From NCBI GenBank assembly GCA_051362555.1, contig CM120642.1, positions 930,001 to 994,000 of the forward strand: a stretch of 64,000 nt of DNA, in the 5' to 3' direction. The notes below the pieces were generated by a model. The model ran no database searches, was not told where the DNA came from, and saw nothing but the letters and a program-made list of their open reading frames with translations. Positions 14,201-28,330 of this stretch are shown here, in pieces. This DNA is from Lingula anatina. Its lineage: Eukaryota; Animalia; Brachiopoda. Every line of letters starts with the position of its first letter. Within the stretch, counting starts at the first letter, position 1. The position numbers and the translations under genes are program-made.

Positions 14201-17200
14201 TTTGGTTAATATAAGTATAACTTTGTTCATGGCAGTGCTTGATTTAAACATGAAAATGCTCAAACATTGTGGTTATAAAGGTTGCGATTGTCTATCGCAC
14301 ACACATCTTTTTATGCTATGTAGATATATGCAATATATAATTGTATAATTGATATTCATCTTGTACTCGAATTCAGTACTCACACTCACTAAAATGCATG
14401 TCTACTAGTAACGACAAAATTTTTCAATAAATAGTAGAAGCCATCATGTGTTCTTCATCTCAATCTAACAATATGGTTATTTCAGTTTTCTTCTACACTC
14501 GTGACTCTCGACTCACAGGTTCAAAGTTTCATGTCTTTTATATGTCTTTTAAAATGTATCGTAGAGTTTTTCCACAATTTATTGAAAACTTTAATTGCCA
14601 GTATAAATTAAAAAGCATATTTTGATTTCATTTGTAAATTGTAAGCATTATTCATTTTTTCATTGATCTCTTTATTATTTTAGGCTGTCATATAGGAGAA
14701 CCAAGTCCGTACTGTTGCAACAGTCAGCCATGTTGTGCAAGCAATGAGGTTTGCTGTAACGGTCAGCCATACAACCCCCAGACCCACGAATGTTGCGATG
14801 CGGCTATTGTTGCAATAGGATCTTGTTGTAACAGTCAACAGTTCAACCCCCTGACCCACGAATGCTGCGATGCTACTATTGTCACAAAGGGATCTTGTTG
14901 TAACGGCCAGGTATACGATCCATTGACAAATAAGTGTTGCGGTGGTTCCTTGTTTCCATCATGGCTAGGTTGTTGTAACGGTGAGCCATACAACCCCCAG
15001 ACCCACGAATGCTGCGGCACGTCCATTGTCACAAAAGGAACTTGTTGTAACGGTCAGTCATACAACCCTCAGACCCATGAATGCTGCAATACAGCTATTG
15101 TAACAATAGGCTCTTGCTGTAACGGTCAACCATACAACCCTCAGACCCACGAATGCTGCAATACAGCCATTGTGCCTATAGGTTCTTGCTGTAACGGTCA
15201 ACCATACAACCCTCAGACCCACGAATGCTGCAATACAGCCATTGTGCCTATAGGTTCTTGCTGTAACGGCCAACCATACAACCCTCAGACCCACGAATGC
15301 TGCAATACAGCCATTGTGCCTATAGGTTCTTGCTGTAACGGCCAACCATACAACCCTCAGACACATGAATGCTGCAATACAGCCATTGTGCCTATAGGTT
15401 CTTGCTGTAACGGCCAACCATACAACCCTCAGACCCATGAATGCTGCAATACAGCCATTGTGCCTATAGGTTCTTGCTGTAACGGCCAACCATACAACCC
15501 TCAGACCCATGAATGCTGCAATACAGCCATTGTGCCTATAGGTTCTTGCTGTAACGGCCAACCATACAACCCTCAGACCCATGAATGCTGCAATACAGCC
15601 ATTGTGCCTATAGGTTCTTGCTGTAACGGCCAACCATACAACCCTCAGACCCACGAATGCTGCAACACATTTATTGTCGCAATAGGATCTTGCTGTAACG
15701 GTCAACCATACAACCCTCAGACCCATGAATGCTGCAACACATTTATTGTCGCAATAGGATCTTGCTGTAACGGTCAACCATACAACCCTCAGACCCATGA
15801 ATGCTGCAATACAGCTATTGTGCCTATAGGATCTTGCTGTAACGGTCAGGTATACAATCCATTGACAAATAAGTGTTGCGGTGTTTTTTTGATTTCGTCT
15901 TGGCTAGATTGTTGTAACGGTCAGTCCTACAACCCCCAGACTCAAGAATGCTGCGGCACATCCATTGTCACTAAAGGAACTTGCTGTAATAATCAACCCA
16001 TAAAACCGAACTTCGAAGGATGCTGTGCAAACAATCCTTTTATTCTGACCACCCAAGAGTGTTGTGGCAGTACTGTAATCAATAAAGGTTCTCAAGCCTG
16101 CTGCAACGGCCAGGCATATAACCCATCTGTATACGTTTGCTGTGGAGGGACGCTTTACCTTAAAGCGTACAACGTAGCTTGTTGCGGTAACAGCCCAATC
16201 TACCAGGCTACATCTGGTTGCTGCAATGATAAGTCATTCAGCTTGGAAAGCGAAGAATGTTGCCTGGGCAACGTTGTACCAAAAGGTTCGTGTCATCTTT
16301 GCGGCAATATACAGTACGATCCATCTTTTGCTATTTGCTGTGGAGACAAACTCTACGAAATGTTGCCCAATAGCCAGTGTTGTGGCAGCATTCTCATCAA
16401 CACTGTTTATTTGGGGTGCTGTGCTGGTAATCCTTATTCTCTTTCAACACAGGAGTGTTGCCAGAACACAGTCGTTAACAGAGGATCATGTTGTAACAAC
16501 TGCCTATACGATCCAGCCACTCAAATATGCTGTGGAGGGAGTCTATATTCGAGGACAGAGTATGACCAATGTTGTGGAAATGCTCCATATAATTCTTTTG
16601 CGTACGAATGTTGCCTTGGAAATATCGTTCCAAAGGGCAATTGCCATCTATGTAACAACAAACCATACAACCCAGCCTCTCAGATATGTTGTGGGGGAAC
16701 TATCTATTGGAAAACACAATATGATCAATGTTGCAGCAATTCCCCTTACAATTCTTTTGCTTACGAATGTTGCCTAGGCAACATTGTCCCAAGGGGCAAC
16801 TGTCATCTATGTAACAACCAACCATACAACCCAGTCAGTCAAATATGTTGTGGCGGCACTATCTATTTGAAAGTACAGTATTACCAATGTTGTGTTAATT
16901 CCCCGTACAATTCTTACACGCACGAGTGTTGCCTGGGCAATATTGTTTCAAAGGGCAATTGTTATTTGTGTAACAACCAACCATACAACCCAGCCAGTCA
17001 AATGTGCTGTGGTGGAAATATCTATTGGAAATCACAGTTTGACGAGTGTTGTGCAGGCAACCCATACAACTCTGCAACCCAAGAGTGCTGTGGATCAACG
17101 GTGGTGAACAAAGGGAGCTGCTGCAATAACCAACCTTTCGACCCAGCAACAACCACCTGTTGTGGAGGGTATAGGATTCCAAAGGACTCGGCCGTGGTTG

Positions 17201-17445
17201 GATGCTGCGCCAATACCGTGTACAACAAAAATACGCACATATGCTGCGCTGGCGCCATCTATCCTAAAGACACTTGTATCTGCTGCAACGGAACTCCGTG
17301 TAATACGCAAACTCAGCAGTGCCTGAATAACCAAGTGGTCCCCTGCGATGGTACTTGTGACCCTAACGCCGTCGTTAATCCACCGCCCCACCAGCCCATC
17401 CCAGGGTTTGAAATGTTACCAAATGGCGTGATTCTCTTACCATAG
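11296..17445 (+). CDS. Galaxin-like Cys-rich secreted protein B, 943 aa (exons 11296-11365, 14684-17445)
   Basis: Signal-peptide exon with donor GTGAGT. Acceptor TTTTAG at 14683 opens in frame with ORF 14923-17445. Contains 24-aa CCNGQPYNPQTHECCNTAIVPIGS repeats, then 53-aa CHLCNNQPYNPASQICCGG..QCC..PYNS..ECC repeats, and a Pro-rich end. AATAAA at 17504-17509. Confidence 0.92.
14752..15981 (+). repeat. Coding minisatellite, 72-bp unit, about 17 units (11 near-identical at 15043-15834)
   Basis: AACGG(T/C)CA recurs at 15121, 15481 and 15841, which are multiples of 72 apart. Confidence 0.95.
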
Positions 17446-17761
17446 ACATCTTACGTTGACTTACCATGACTTGAGGCAACAAACCAATTAGAATTCTTCT
17501 TTAAATAAATGTTAAAATTCAACTTTAAATAAATGAAAATCTGGGCAGTAAAATGTAAATAATTACATCTTTATTTTGTTCAGTGATTGTGAAATGGTTT
17601 TCATTTGCATAACAAACAAGGGCAAAGGTGAGGATTAAGTTCTGAAATGTTGCGAAAGCAAGAAAAAAGTCTTAACATTATGCCAACAAAATAATTTAAC
17701 CTATTGATGCTTATGGTTGATGTTTTTAGTTAAAGCTCTGAAGTGAAGTGGGTAATAACAT

Positions 17762-17813
17762 TTATATTATATTATATTATATTATATTATATTATATTAT
17801 ATTATATTATATT
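17762..17813. repeat. (TATAT)n microsatellite
   Basis: ATTAT repeated about 10 times; much shorter at the paralogous site after gene C (about 25553). Confidence 0.9.
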
Positions 17814-19865
17814 AACACAAAAATGACCAATAATTTACATTTTTTATTTAAGCATCTAGTAAGATGATGTTCTTCATGAAGATATTATGGAGATACAACA
17901 CATTTGTTGATATGAAAATAAGCATAATTCGTGAGCGTGTGTAGCAGTAAATAGACAATATATCCGTGGTTTTGAATACTATCACTTTTGTGTCGTTCGA
18001 GAATCGAGATCTTTTCATATGCCAGGGTTTGGGGGGGGGTACAGAGAAGGTATCTGTAGAGGCATACTACTAGGCTCTAAAGTTATTGGGTCAACGAACC
18101 CCTTTTTATATGTTTGTCAAATGGTTCTTCGTATTCACAGTGGCATCCCGTTTGCCTTTTTTGCGAAACAAACAACCACAAAACTCTAAACGTCGCAGTG
18201 CACGCTACGGCAACCTTGATACCAACGTTATATGAACCTTCTGGACGATGCACATCAACGTATTGTCTTAGTGACTAAATTTAAGTGTCAAACACATGTT
18301 ATACATATAAAACCTAAACAAACATACATACTGGTGTAGTCAAGTTACAAGATTGTCAATTGTTGTTAATTGTAAATCTATAAGTGGATTTTGATGTTTC
18401 TGCAATTTGCTATAAAGCTATTATAATATTAATGTTTATTTACAAAAGAAGCAACTTTGTATCTTATGTTTTATTCTAAAAAGGATATGCAAAGACAACA
18501 AGAAAATTGTATTAATCATTGTTGTTTGAAATAAGGAAGTCCCATCTCTATTTTTGATTCTTGCTATTGATGAATTAATTTACTGGTGGAGTTCCTTTCA
18601 TTTCGGATTAGTGGCAAATTTGCCTGCAGTAATTATTACCAAAAAGGGTTTCCTATCCGATATTTTCTACGCCAAATGTAATTTTCCTCAAGAAAGAGGC
18701 ACCTTTCTCCTCCTCAATTAAGAATCATTGTTAACATCATCCTTGCACTTGGATTTGCACTTTGGAGCATGTTTTCCTGGCATTCCAGGAGGAAATATCG
18801 GGTGTTTTTATTTGAGGCGTGTAATTATCTCTGAATACTGATAATCAAATTACCCCCTTTCACAAGCCTCAATGCACCAATAAAAATTAATCATTTGAGT
18901 GTGGAGGCTTCGTTAAAGAGGCTCTCTTACCTCATAACCCGGCTTGTATCTCAAACTAGTGTGAAATAGAAAACTGTACCGCTCGCTTTGCTAATGGCCT
19001 CAAATATGTCGCTAATTTTATTTACCCACTGCATGTCTTCCAAGAAATAAACCGACTAAGAACAACTACAAATGGGCTCGAATTCACAGCAAACTGGCAA
19101 CTAAAGGCTTAAAAGATGATGTAATGAAATGCTCATCCTGCAATTTTCGAGGCCACAAGGGTGATTACCGACATTCAGAGATTACAGATTCAGCTGAATT
19201 ATTCATGCTCGTGAAAAGTTCAACATTACATGCTGTTAAAACGACATTATTAAAATGAACTCTTATAGCTAAATCAACTTTGTTCGTGCAGCTGAATACT
19301 AAATGACAACAACAACAACAAAAAAGCTACAGCAGCAGAAACGCCCAGATATATGCAGATGGTACAACTTGTTTTTTCTCTCCTATCATAAATTTTACAA
19401 GTAAAACAACGTAGTAAAACAGGGTTTTGAAAATACTTTGTTGGTTTCTTGAGATCAACACTTTCTCTGAGGGCAAATGGCTTGCATCTTAAATTAATGT
19501 CATTGAAAATTGATTTCAATTACATTGTACTTTTACTACTTCGTCATTATATAGGTTCAAACTAAACAATGTGTAATAAGAACACGTGCACTATTTCTTA
19601 CGTTGTTTTGAGAACGATGTACAGGTTCTTACAATTCCACACATAAATGATGAAAATGCATGCCTCAGCGTCTGATTGGTGCCTTAATGTAAATAGAACT
19701 ATTTCTTATAGATGGAAGATTATGACGTAAGTATTGCGACTACTTAAACGCTAGAGCAAAGTCATTTATTTCGGAGTAATGTCTGCTTTTGGAACTTGAG
19801 TAGAAAGAACGGATATAGTTTTTTCGGAAGTTCTTCCTAAGTTTGCACATGACTTTGATTTAGCG

Positions 19866-22800
19866 ATGGAGAGCGTGCGGCTTTTTCTGTTCACTGGAGT
19901 GCTTATTGTTTTACAACCTCTAGTGAGCTCAAACGGTGAGTACCTGACAGATTTTATTGTAATTTTGTTTACGTATTTCAATGACGATGAAACCATATGC
20001 CAGGCACGCAGAAAACGTAGGGCAGACAAAACCCGCACACAATTTGACCAGATTTATTTTGAACCTATATACAGTGTTTAAGAGCTGGCCAGGTGTTTTG
20101 TTGTGTATAATAATGCATTTTAAATAGTCGTTATTTGGCCATTTACATTTACACTGCGGTTCATTTTCTGTGTAATTTCTGTGTAATTTCCCCATTTTTC
20201 CTTCCACGGTTTTACATGGAATAGGACATCGCTCGTTTTTACTGTGATATAATTGCTATAAATTGTATATTAAATGCAGTCATCGCTTGAAAACGCATCT
20301 TTTTTGTAAAGTACGGCTACTCTAAAATTTGTCCTGATTCATTCATTATATATGAACCGGTCGGAAGAAAAGGGGGAGTTTTGCAAAACAGTGAAATTTA
20401 AATTCATTTACAGCCAATTATCGATTTTAAATTTCAGGAAAACATTTTACGAAAGCCCTATTTCTCAGTGCCTTCGTTTTTTTCTTTTTGGCGTATTTTA
20501 AGCAGTACCTGATCGTGCACAAGGAAAGAAAAAGGCAGAAAAGTCCCCTCTAAATTAATGACAAAAATGCTAAGCATTTTCCACCCCTTTTTTAATAAGG
20601 TTAAAAGGTATTCAGGTGAATTCAATCTAAATATGAATACATGGAATGGATTTTGATGCATCACATTTTACTACTTCTTAACTTATAAGCATTTTCATCA
20701 ACTACGTACCCTTTTTTTTTTGGGTGGAGGGACGTTTAAAATAGTAAAACTAAAATGTTAATGTATTGGAAGGCATAAACATTTAACCTATATGTTAGCT
20801 CCATATGTTGACTGATTTTGTTGTATTTTTTTATTATTTAAAATATTAATTTGCAGTGTTTGAAATTCCATTACACAAACATTTGTTCAATTAAGAGTCT
20901 CATGGGTCGTTGCGCCTATACGTAATGCATTTAGCATTGCAAATAGGAAGATGGACGAGTTAAAGGGAGCATACCTCACCATTATGTGTTTTGCTCTGGT
21001 GAGCAGTGTTCATTTTCAAAAAATTTACCTCGTTACCAAATGTTACGTAGATTTCAGTCGTTCACTTGGTTTGTTATGTACATGTTTATAACACCCTTTA
21101 AGTTTTAGATTTTTTTATATTACACAATTTTCACAGATATACTATCATTAAAGTAAATAAGTAGCTGGAGTACTATACCCCCCCCCCCCTTCAAATATTA
21201 AGTGATACTCAAATACTCCGAGATACTTCATCGTTTGAGAAGGATGCTAGAAAATGTAATTGTAATGAAACGTCTATCATTACTTTTTTGAACGTTCATG
21301 AATATGCATGTTGTTGACTCTACATTATTGAGGGATAGAACTGTAGGTAAGGCTGCATTGTGTATGCGTAGCGACACCTGGTGTCTGTTGTTGAGGATGC
21401 ATATATGAGCCTATTTGGACTAGATGGGACTTAATTATCATACTAGATTGGTTGGATTAAAGGTTGCCCATTTTATGGTTTTTTATCTGCCAAAGAAACC
21501 TGCATTAGCCCAGTTGGACCGTATGGGTCTTATATGGGACCCTTATTTTAGGTCATCTGGGCTTGCTGACATGGGATCCACAGGGAGCTTATGGACAAAT
21601 CCATCTGTAACCCACATCACAGCCCATAAGGGTCACATATGGTACCCATTGTTGCGTGGTGACTAAACTCATTCTCAATATTAAGGTCCATTTAACTTTT
21701 TTTAAAATGAAATGTAAGCGTTTTGGTCAAGTGGAACTTGAAGGACATCAATCTAGCGGCTAAAATAATAATAATAATAATAATAATAATAACTATTTAT
21801 CTATTCTCACACAAAAAAGACTAAATTTTAAACCTTCATTCCTGACACTTGCGGTACCATCTCACTTTCTCCAACCGATCTAGATCATTTTTACTAAAGC
21901 AGGAAATATGCAACTTGTCAGGAAACAAGTATGGTGTTTTACGTCTGAGAAATGTCTTGAATGTTTATTTCAATAACACATGACTAGCTTGCAGCTATTA
22001 TCATGATGTTGCCAGATTTTTAGAAAACCGAAAAGCCTTAGTTACGCCTTTTGGCGCACGTCATTATTTTGAGTTGTTTGATATTTTTGTATTATTTTAG
22101 CCATTAATAAATCCTCAGTTTAGTTCTACCTATTATTAGTAAGAGAATATTGTGACAGGACGCAGTCAAATATTTCAGAGGAAGCAAAAGTTCTCATAGA
22201 AATTTTTTTAAAAACCTTCGTTACCAGGCACTGTGAAAAATATACTTGAGGTTAAGGACAGATGTGTCAGTAAAATAAACATGCGTTTCGTACATCTTGT
22301 ACTCCTCTAGCACAATCTAATTTTTGTTCGTATTAATAGCATGGGGATATTATTCAAAAAGGGATGATTTTTAAAACTTTCGTTACCAAAACAGGCTAAA
22401 CCTATATTACTTCATCCCTGTTTTTTCCTAGTTCCCATGCTAGGATTCCTTATAACTTTTAGTGTGTCATTTTGGGGACTTCATAGGAAAGCACTGTAGT
22501 AAAATAAAAACTGTTGCAATTATTTTCCAGATTGGCCCTACAATGGTTTAGATTGCCTGGACTATATATAAATGCAATACATTATTGTATGACGGATACC
22601 CATCCCATTTCAGTATGTACAATGCAAAAATTCCTTAAGACAGAAATGACAAATAATTCATGATTTGCTTGTTGACAACAGACGCAAACTGGCTCCTTTC
22701 CGATTTAAGCAGGAGTTTTGCCATTTTAGGTGCAGTGTAGTTATGGGTCGCCTACCATGGGATGCCTAACTCAATAATTCAATAATCCAAATCCAAATAT

Positions 22801-25163
22801 ACAAATTGTAGTAAAGGTCACGTGTAATGCTACCTGTCTTAAATAGCATTTCAAATATCTGGCTTTACAAATTTCGCTCTATTAAGATTGGGCAACCTCT
22901 TGTGGATGGGCTTAATGGACAAAATGTTTAACTATGTTATAATAATATGTTTTAATCGCTAATGTAGGCGACAAAATATAGACAAACAATTAAAATTGAC
23001 TGACAGCCAAAAGACGTTAACCTCGTGTACCAGGTATGGCCTATCGAATATTTTTCATGTCAGAACTACAAACCGCCCCCCCCCCCCCCCATCACGAGCG
23101 CGAGTTTAGTTTTTGCAGATTTCCTCCCTAAATTCAATTTTTGTCCAGCACCAGTGTGAATGTCTGCATTCCCTTAATTGCTTTCAAAACAATGTCCTCG
23201 CTTAAACGTCTGAAATACTGATGAGATGACAAAAATTATCAATAAATATTAGAAGTCATCATGTTCTCTTTACCTCTTTATCTTAATTCGACAACATTGT
23301 TATTTCATTTCTCTTTTACACTAGTAGACTCACGACAAGAAAGAAATTTTACCAGATTTATTGAAAAGTGTATTGTCCTGCATGCTTTTTTTTAAAAAAG
23401 GATATTCTTGATGAAATTAATACATTGAAAGCATTAAATACTTTTTCATTGATCTCTTTATTCTTTTAGGCTGCGATATAGGCGAACCAAGTCCGGGTTG
23501 TTGCAGCAGTCTGCCATGTTGTCCAAGTAACGGTCAGCCGTTCAACCCCCAGACCCATGAATGCTGTGACACATCCATTGTCACAAAAGGAACTTGCTGT
23601 AATAATCAAATTATAAACCCCAACTTCCAAGGATGCTGTGCAAACAACCCTTTTATTCTGACCACCCAAGAGTGTTGTGGCAGTACTGTAATTAATAAAG
23701 GTTCTCAAGCCTGCTGCAACGGCCAGGCATATAACCCATCTGTATACGTTTGCTGTGGAGGGACCCTTTACTTTGAAGCGTTCAACGTAGCTTGTTGTGG
23801 TAACAGCCTAATCAACCAGGCCACATCGGGTTGCTGCAATGATAGGTCATTTACCTTGGAAAGCGAAGAATGTTGTCATGGCAGCGTTGTACCAAAAGGT
23901 TCCTGTAATTTCTGCGGCAATTTACAGTACAATCCATCTATAGCCATTTGCTGTGGGAACACACTCTACGGAAGGTTGGCCAACGGTCAATGTTGTGGAA
24001 GCACTCACATCAACACTGCCTATCAAGGGTGCTGTGCTGGTAATCCTTATTCTCTGTCAACCCAGGAGTGTTGTCAGAACATTGTCATAAAAAAAGGATC
24101 ATGTTGTAACGACAAACCATACAGCCCAGCCAGTCAAATATGTTGTGGTGGAACTCTCTATTGGAAAATATATGCTCAATGTTGTGGAAGCACTCACATC
24201 AACACTGCCTATCAAGGGTGCTGTGCTGGTAATCCTTATTCACTGTCAGCCCAGGAGTGTTGTCAGAACATTGTCGTAAAAAAAGGATCATGTTGTAACG
24301 ACAAACCATACAGCCCAGCCAGTCAAATATGTTGTGGTGGAACTCTCTATTGGAAAATACAATATGATCAATGTTGTGTTAATTCCCCTTACAATCCTAA
24401 CACGCACGAGTGTTGCCTGGGCAATATTGTATCAAGGGGCCATTGCCATCTATGTAACAACCAACCATACAACCCAGCCAGTCAAATATGTTGTGGGGGA
24501 ACTATCTATTGGAAAATACAATATGATCAATGTTGTGTTAATTCCCCTTACAATTCTAATACGCAAGAGTGTTGCCAGGGAAATATTGTTTCAAAGGACA
24601 ACTGTAATTTGTGTAACAACCAACCATACAACCCAGCCACTCAAATATGTTGTGGGGGAACTATCTATTGGAAAGTACATAATCAGTGTTGTGGTGATTC
24701 TCCTTACGATTCTATTTCGCACGAGTGTTGCCAGGACAATATTGTACCAAGGGGCAATTGCCATCTATGTAACAGCCAACAATACGACCCAGCCAGTCAA
24801 ATATGCTGTGGGGGAACTGTCCATTGGAAAGTACTATATGATAAATGTTGTGAAGGTTCTCCTTACGATTCTATTTCGCACCAATGTTGCCAGGGTAATA
24901 TTGTTGGAAGGGGCAATTGCCATCTATGTGACAACTATCCATACGACCCATACAGTCAAATATGCTGTGATAGAGATATCTATTGGAAAACACAATATGA
25001 TCAATGCTGTGAAGGAAACCCATACAACTCTGCAAACCAAGAGTGTTGTGGCGGCGTTAGGATTCCAAAGAACTCGACCGTGTTTGGATGCTGTGCTGAC
25101 ATCCTGTACAACAAATATACGCATTTCTGCTGTGCGGGTGACATCTATCCCAAATATACTTAA
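19866..25163 (+). CDS. Galaxin-like Cys-rich secreted protein C, 587 aa (exons 19866-19935, 23470-25163); tandem paralog of B
   Basis: Exon 1 encodes MESVRLFLFTGVLIVLQPLVSSN+G with donor GTGAGT. Acceptor TTTTAG at 23469 is in frame with ORF 23856-25163. Upstream region, intron blocks and 3' UTR align with B. AATAAA at 25296-25301. Confidence 0.9.
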
Positions 25164-28049
25164 ATCGACTGCAACGGAGATAACCAAATGGCCTGGATAT
25201 GTCACCAATTTGGGTGATTCTCTTACCGTAGTCCCCTTACCTTGACTTACCTTGACTTGAGGCAACAAACCAAGTTTGAATTCTTCTTAACTTTAAATAA
25301 ATCAATATCTGGACAGTAAAATTTAATTCATGTCATCTTTATGTTGCGTTTCTTTACTGCCACAGTTGACAAAGCGACTGTGAAATGATATTTAATTGCA
25401 AAACAAGCAAGCGTAAAGGTGAGGACGAAGTTAAGAAAAAACTTTTCTAACGTTATGCCAACAAAATATTTTAACCTATAGATGCTTATGGTTGATGTTT
25501 TTAGTTTAAGCTCTGAAGTGAAGAGGTTAATTCCTGGTGTTAACATTTAAATGATATTATATATACACAAGATATTACCAATAATATTGACTTCTGAATT
25601 ATTCTGAAAAACCTGCATATTCCATATTTTCAGTGGTGTCCTATTTACGAAATCATAGTTCACTCATGTTTTAGTCCTCTTTATAGCTCTCAACCCTTGA
25701 TTTTCACTTAAATTTTCATTTGTAATGTTTTCAACATCTATAAGATCATGCTTTCACACAGCGTGTTCCCAATACTAAATCTCAAGAATGACAATAATGA
25801 AACATATCTGGTTAACAATTAGCTAACACTTGCCGTTGTGGTAAAAAATACATGAGCCCAGTTCGATTAAAAAAAATGTTGCTTTTGAAAGTTAAGAGAT
25901 GTGACCTCTCCCAATACATGATAAATGGTGTCCCCTGAAATGTATTTGGCGAGAATAAGATTGATATTACAGTGACGAATAAGGAAAGAAACAAAGAAAT
26001 AAAGGGGTACATAAAAATCTGAATGCAAATTATTAAAATAAAGAAACAAATGAGTGATTGAGTGAATGTGTGGTTTACAGGGTGGGTGAGTGGATAGATG
26101 AGTGAATGAATTAATGGAAAATAATAAAAAAATATGAATTAAGCTAAATCACATCTTACAACTACAACTATATGAGGTAGAGTCTATTAACGCAAGTAAC
26201 ACATCACCATTCACGTCAACAAGTCTAGATGGTGGCTTGAAATGTAGCTTATGATTCTCATCATCAATAACTTAAAGATTGGTGTACAGAAACGTAGGCC
26301 TACTGTTAAGCTCTTGATATTAATGTGATGGTATATAGAAACGTAGTGTATGACTCTCAATTTAAATAAAAGTGAACAGAAACATAGCAGATGGGCATCT
26401 GTATTAATTCTGAATATATTGATGTCAAGAAAAACTGCATTTTATAAACTCCTTACCGGGCCCATAAACAGTGCTTCCCCTTTCTTCCACTGCACGTACT
26501 GTCCAGAGATCAATGTATACGAGATATTGGCCCAGTACCTGCCTGTATAAATAAAGGACATATTTTTAAACGGGTAGCTACAAGATGAAATTTGTAATAA
26601 TCGGGAGGAAAACTACAAAATCAAAACGCAAATAGATATTCTTCTTTAGAATAAGACTGCTGTATATTTCTGCTGGGAATATCTGCACAATCGGACATAT
26701 TGAGTAGTGTAATGGTATCTTTGACAGCCCATCAATTTGCCCAGCACTCTTACTCTCCACTCTTAAGAAAGCAACAAATGAAACAATTTTTTAATTAAAA
26801 CAAACAAACAAACAAAAAACTTACTGTGTATACCAGAGTCTGAAAGTGACATATCTTTTAATTGTTGTTCACCAACCAATGAGGTAGAATAATGGTACAG
26901 AGAAAAAAAATGATACGAAGTTGTTTCTATGGAGTAAGGCTCGAGGCAGCGGAGAATGTTGCCAAAATCCCTTTTTGGAAAATTTTCCTAATTCAGTGAT
27001 CCTTTGGAAAACATTAAATGCTCCGTAGGAAATATGGCACTTGTCACTGAGATCTATGGGACAAAATTCAGATTTAAAATTTATCTATTTATTTATTTAT
27101 TATTATCTTTTTCTGAAGGAGAAGGTTTTTTTATACCACAGGAAAATGGAGCAAGAGACAAAGCACTCAGGGTTTTTTTTTATAAAACCTCCATTAACAG
27201 AATAATATTATGAATTGGTGATTTAATGTTGATATTTTTCATGGGTTTATAATGAATAAATTATATATGCAGCAGTAATTACATGTAAGTTATATAGTAT
27301 AAAGTTGTAAAAAAACAACAGTAAAAGGACCCAGGGAATGGATTATTCTCTTTTTTCACAATACTTATAAACATGATTGCATGATGGCAGATTTGTTATG
27401 TTGTTATTATGATATTTATCATCATTAATCAATGACGAGACAATGACAAAGAACAACATGAGGGTGAGCATCGTGGATGCACATTGTCAAATCGCAAATT
27501 AAAAGATATATTTATCATGATAAGAACTGATAATTTTTTTATATCGTTGTTTTAAATTAAAAATTTTCGGGTTGAAAACATAGTGAGGCTGATTATCACA
27601 TGCAACAATGTGCGTGTTGTCATTTCTAACCAAAACTCCCCTCAGCAAAGAAGTACTTCAGTAGCTCAGACAGCACATGGTATCGCCATCATTGGTGTTT
27701 TTCGAAACTTCAAGAAGGCTTGTTTTGCAACTATCAAGAACCCTCATGAAGTGGTAAACACGAGCCAAAAGCTTTCAATACTGCGGCATTTCCCTCTCAA
27801 ACTTGTCGCCCGTGGGAAGGATGCACAATTTCCCATCAATATGTCACCTCTTGACAGACAATTATCAAGCTGGCAGTGTGCTGAGGGTCACTTAGCTGTG
27901 ACGTCTTTGGTTCTGACCAGCTGATTCTAATCATATCCAGCAAGATGAAATGACTTTGATTGCTACTTGAACAACCATTTGGAAGACTTTGATTGTCTCT
28001 ATAGAAATGTCACCTATGCCACTAAGATTGTTGGTGAAACTATTTCTTG

Positions 28050-28330
28050 ACGTGTTCCTCCAATCCACATAACATTTTCACAGTTAGATTTAAGACTACT
28101 CCAATCTTGCACGTCATCAAACAAGTTTCTTTGGTGCATTCTTGTTCATCTTGTGTAAAGGTCTTTGTAATCTTATCTTTTCTGATGTGGTGGCCAAAGA
28201 CCTTTAATTTCATTCTTGAGATGGTTTGTAAGATATTCTCAGACTCGATTTGAATAATTGTAGTTTCTTTTAGCTTACGCCATATTCTCTTGTATAGTGT
28301 CTAAGAAAATTGACATGGGTGATGAAATTC
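28050..28330 (-). mobile_element. Decayed RTE-clade LINE 3' fragment
   Basis: Minus-strand translation NILQTISRMKLKVFGHHIRKD...FDDVQDW resembles the RTE C-terminal 'L.yfGHi.R....W.DD' region. Frameshifted. Confidence 0.4.

Noticed and set aside
15058-15798. 246-aa minus-strand repetitive ORF
   Set aside because: Open only because the 72-bp coding repeat lacks stops in that frame.
15043-15834. Regular repeat array that could be mistaken for CRISPR
   Set aside because: Head-to-tail coding repeats with no unique spacers, no cas genes, eukaryotic context.
21369-21383. CTCF-like TAGCGACACCTGG(T/C)G here and at 37833-37847
   Set aside because: Mismatch in the core, and both lie next to repeat-derived sequence; cannot be supported without ChIP data.
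24334-25245. 303-aa alternative-frame ORF overlapping gene C (also 16226-16777 in B)
   Set aside because: By-product of repeated Cys-rich codons; no ATG start, signal peptide or independent splice support. The analogous frame in B is interrupted.
27583-27924. 113-aa ORF in a moderately GC-richer patch
   Set aside because: No recognisable motif, start or splice structure; probably decayed repeat.
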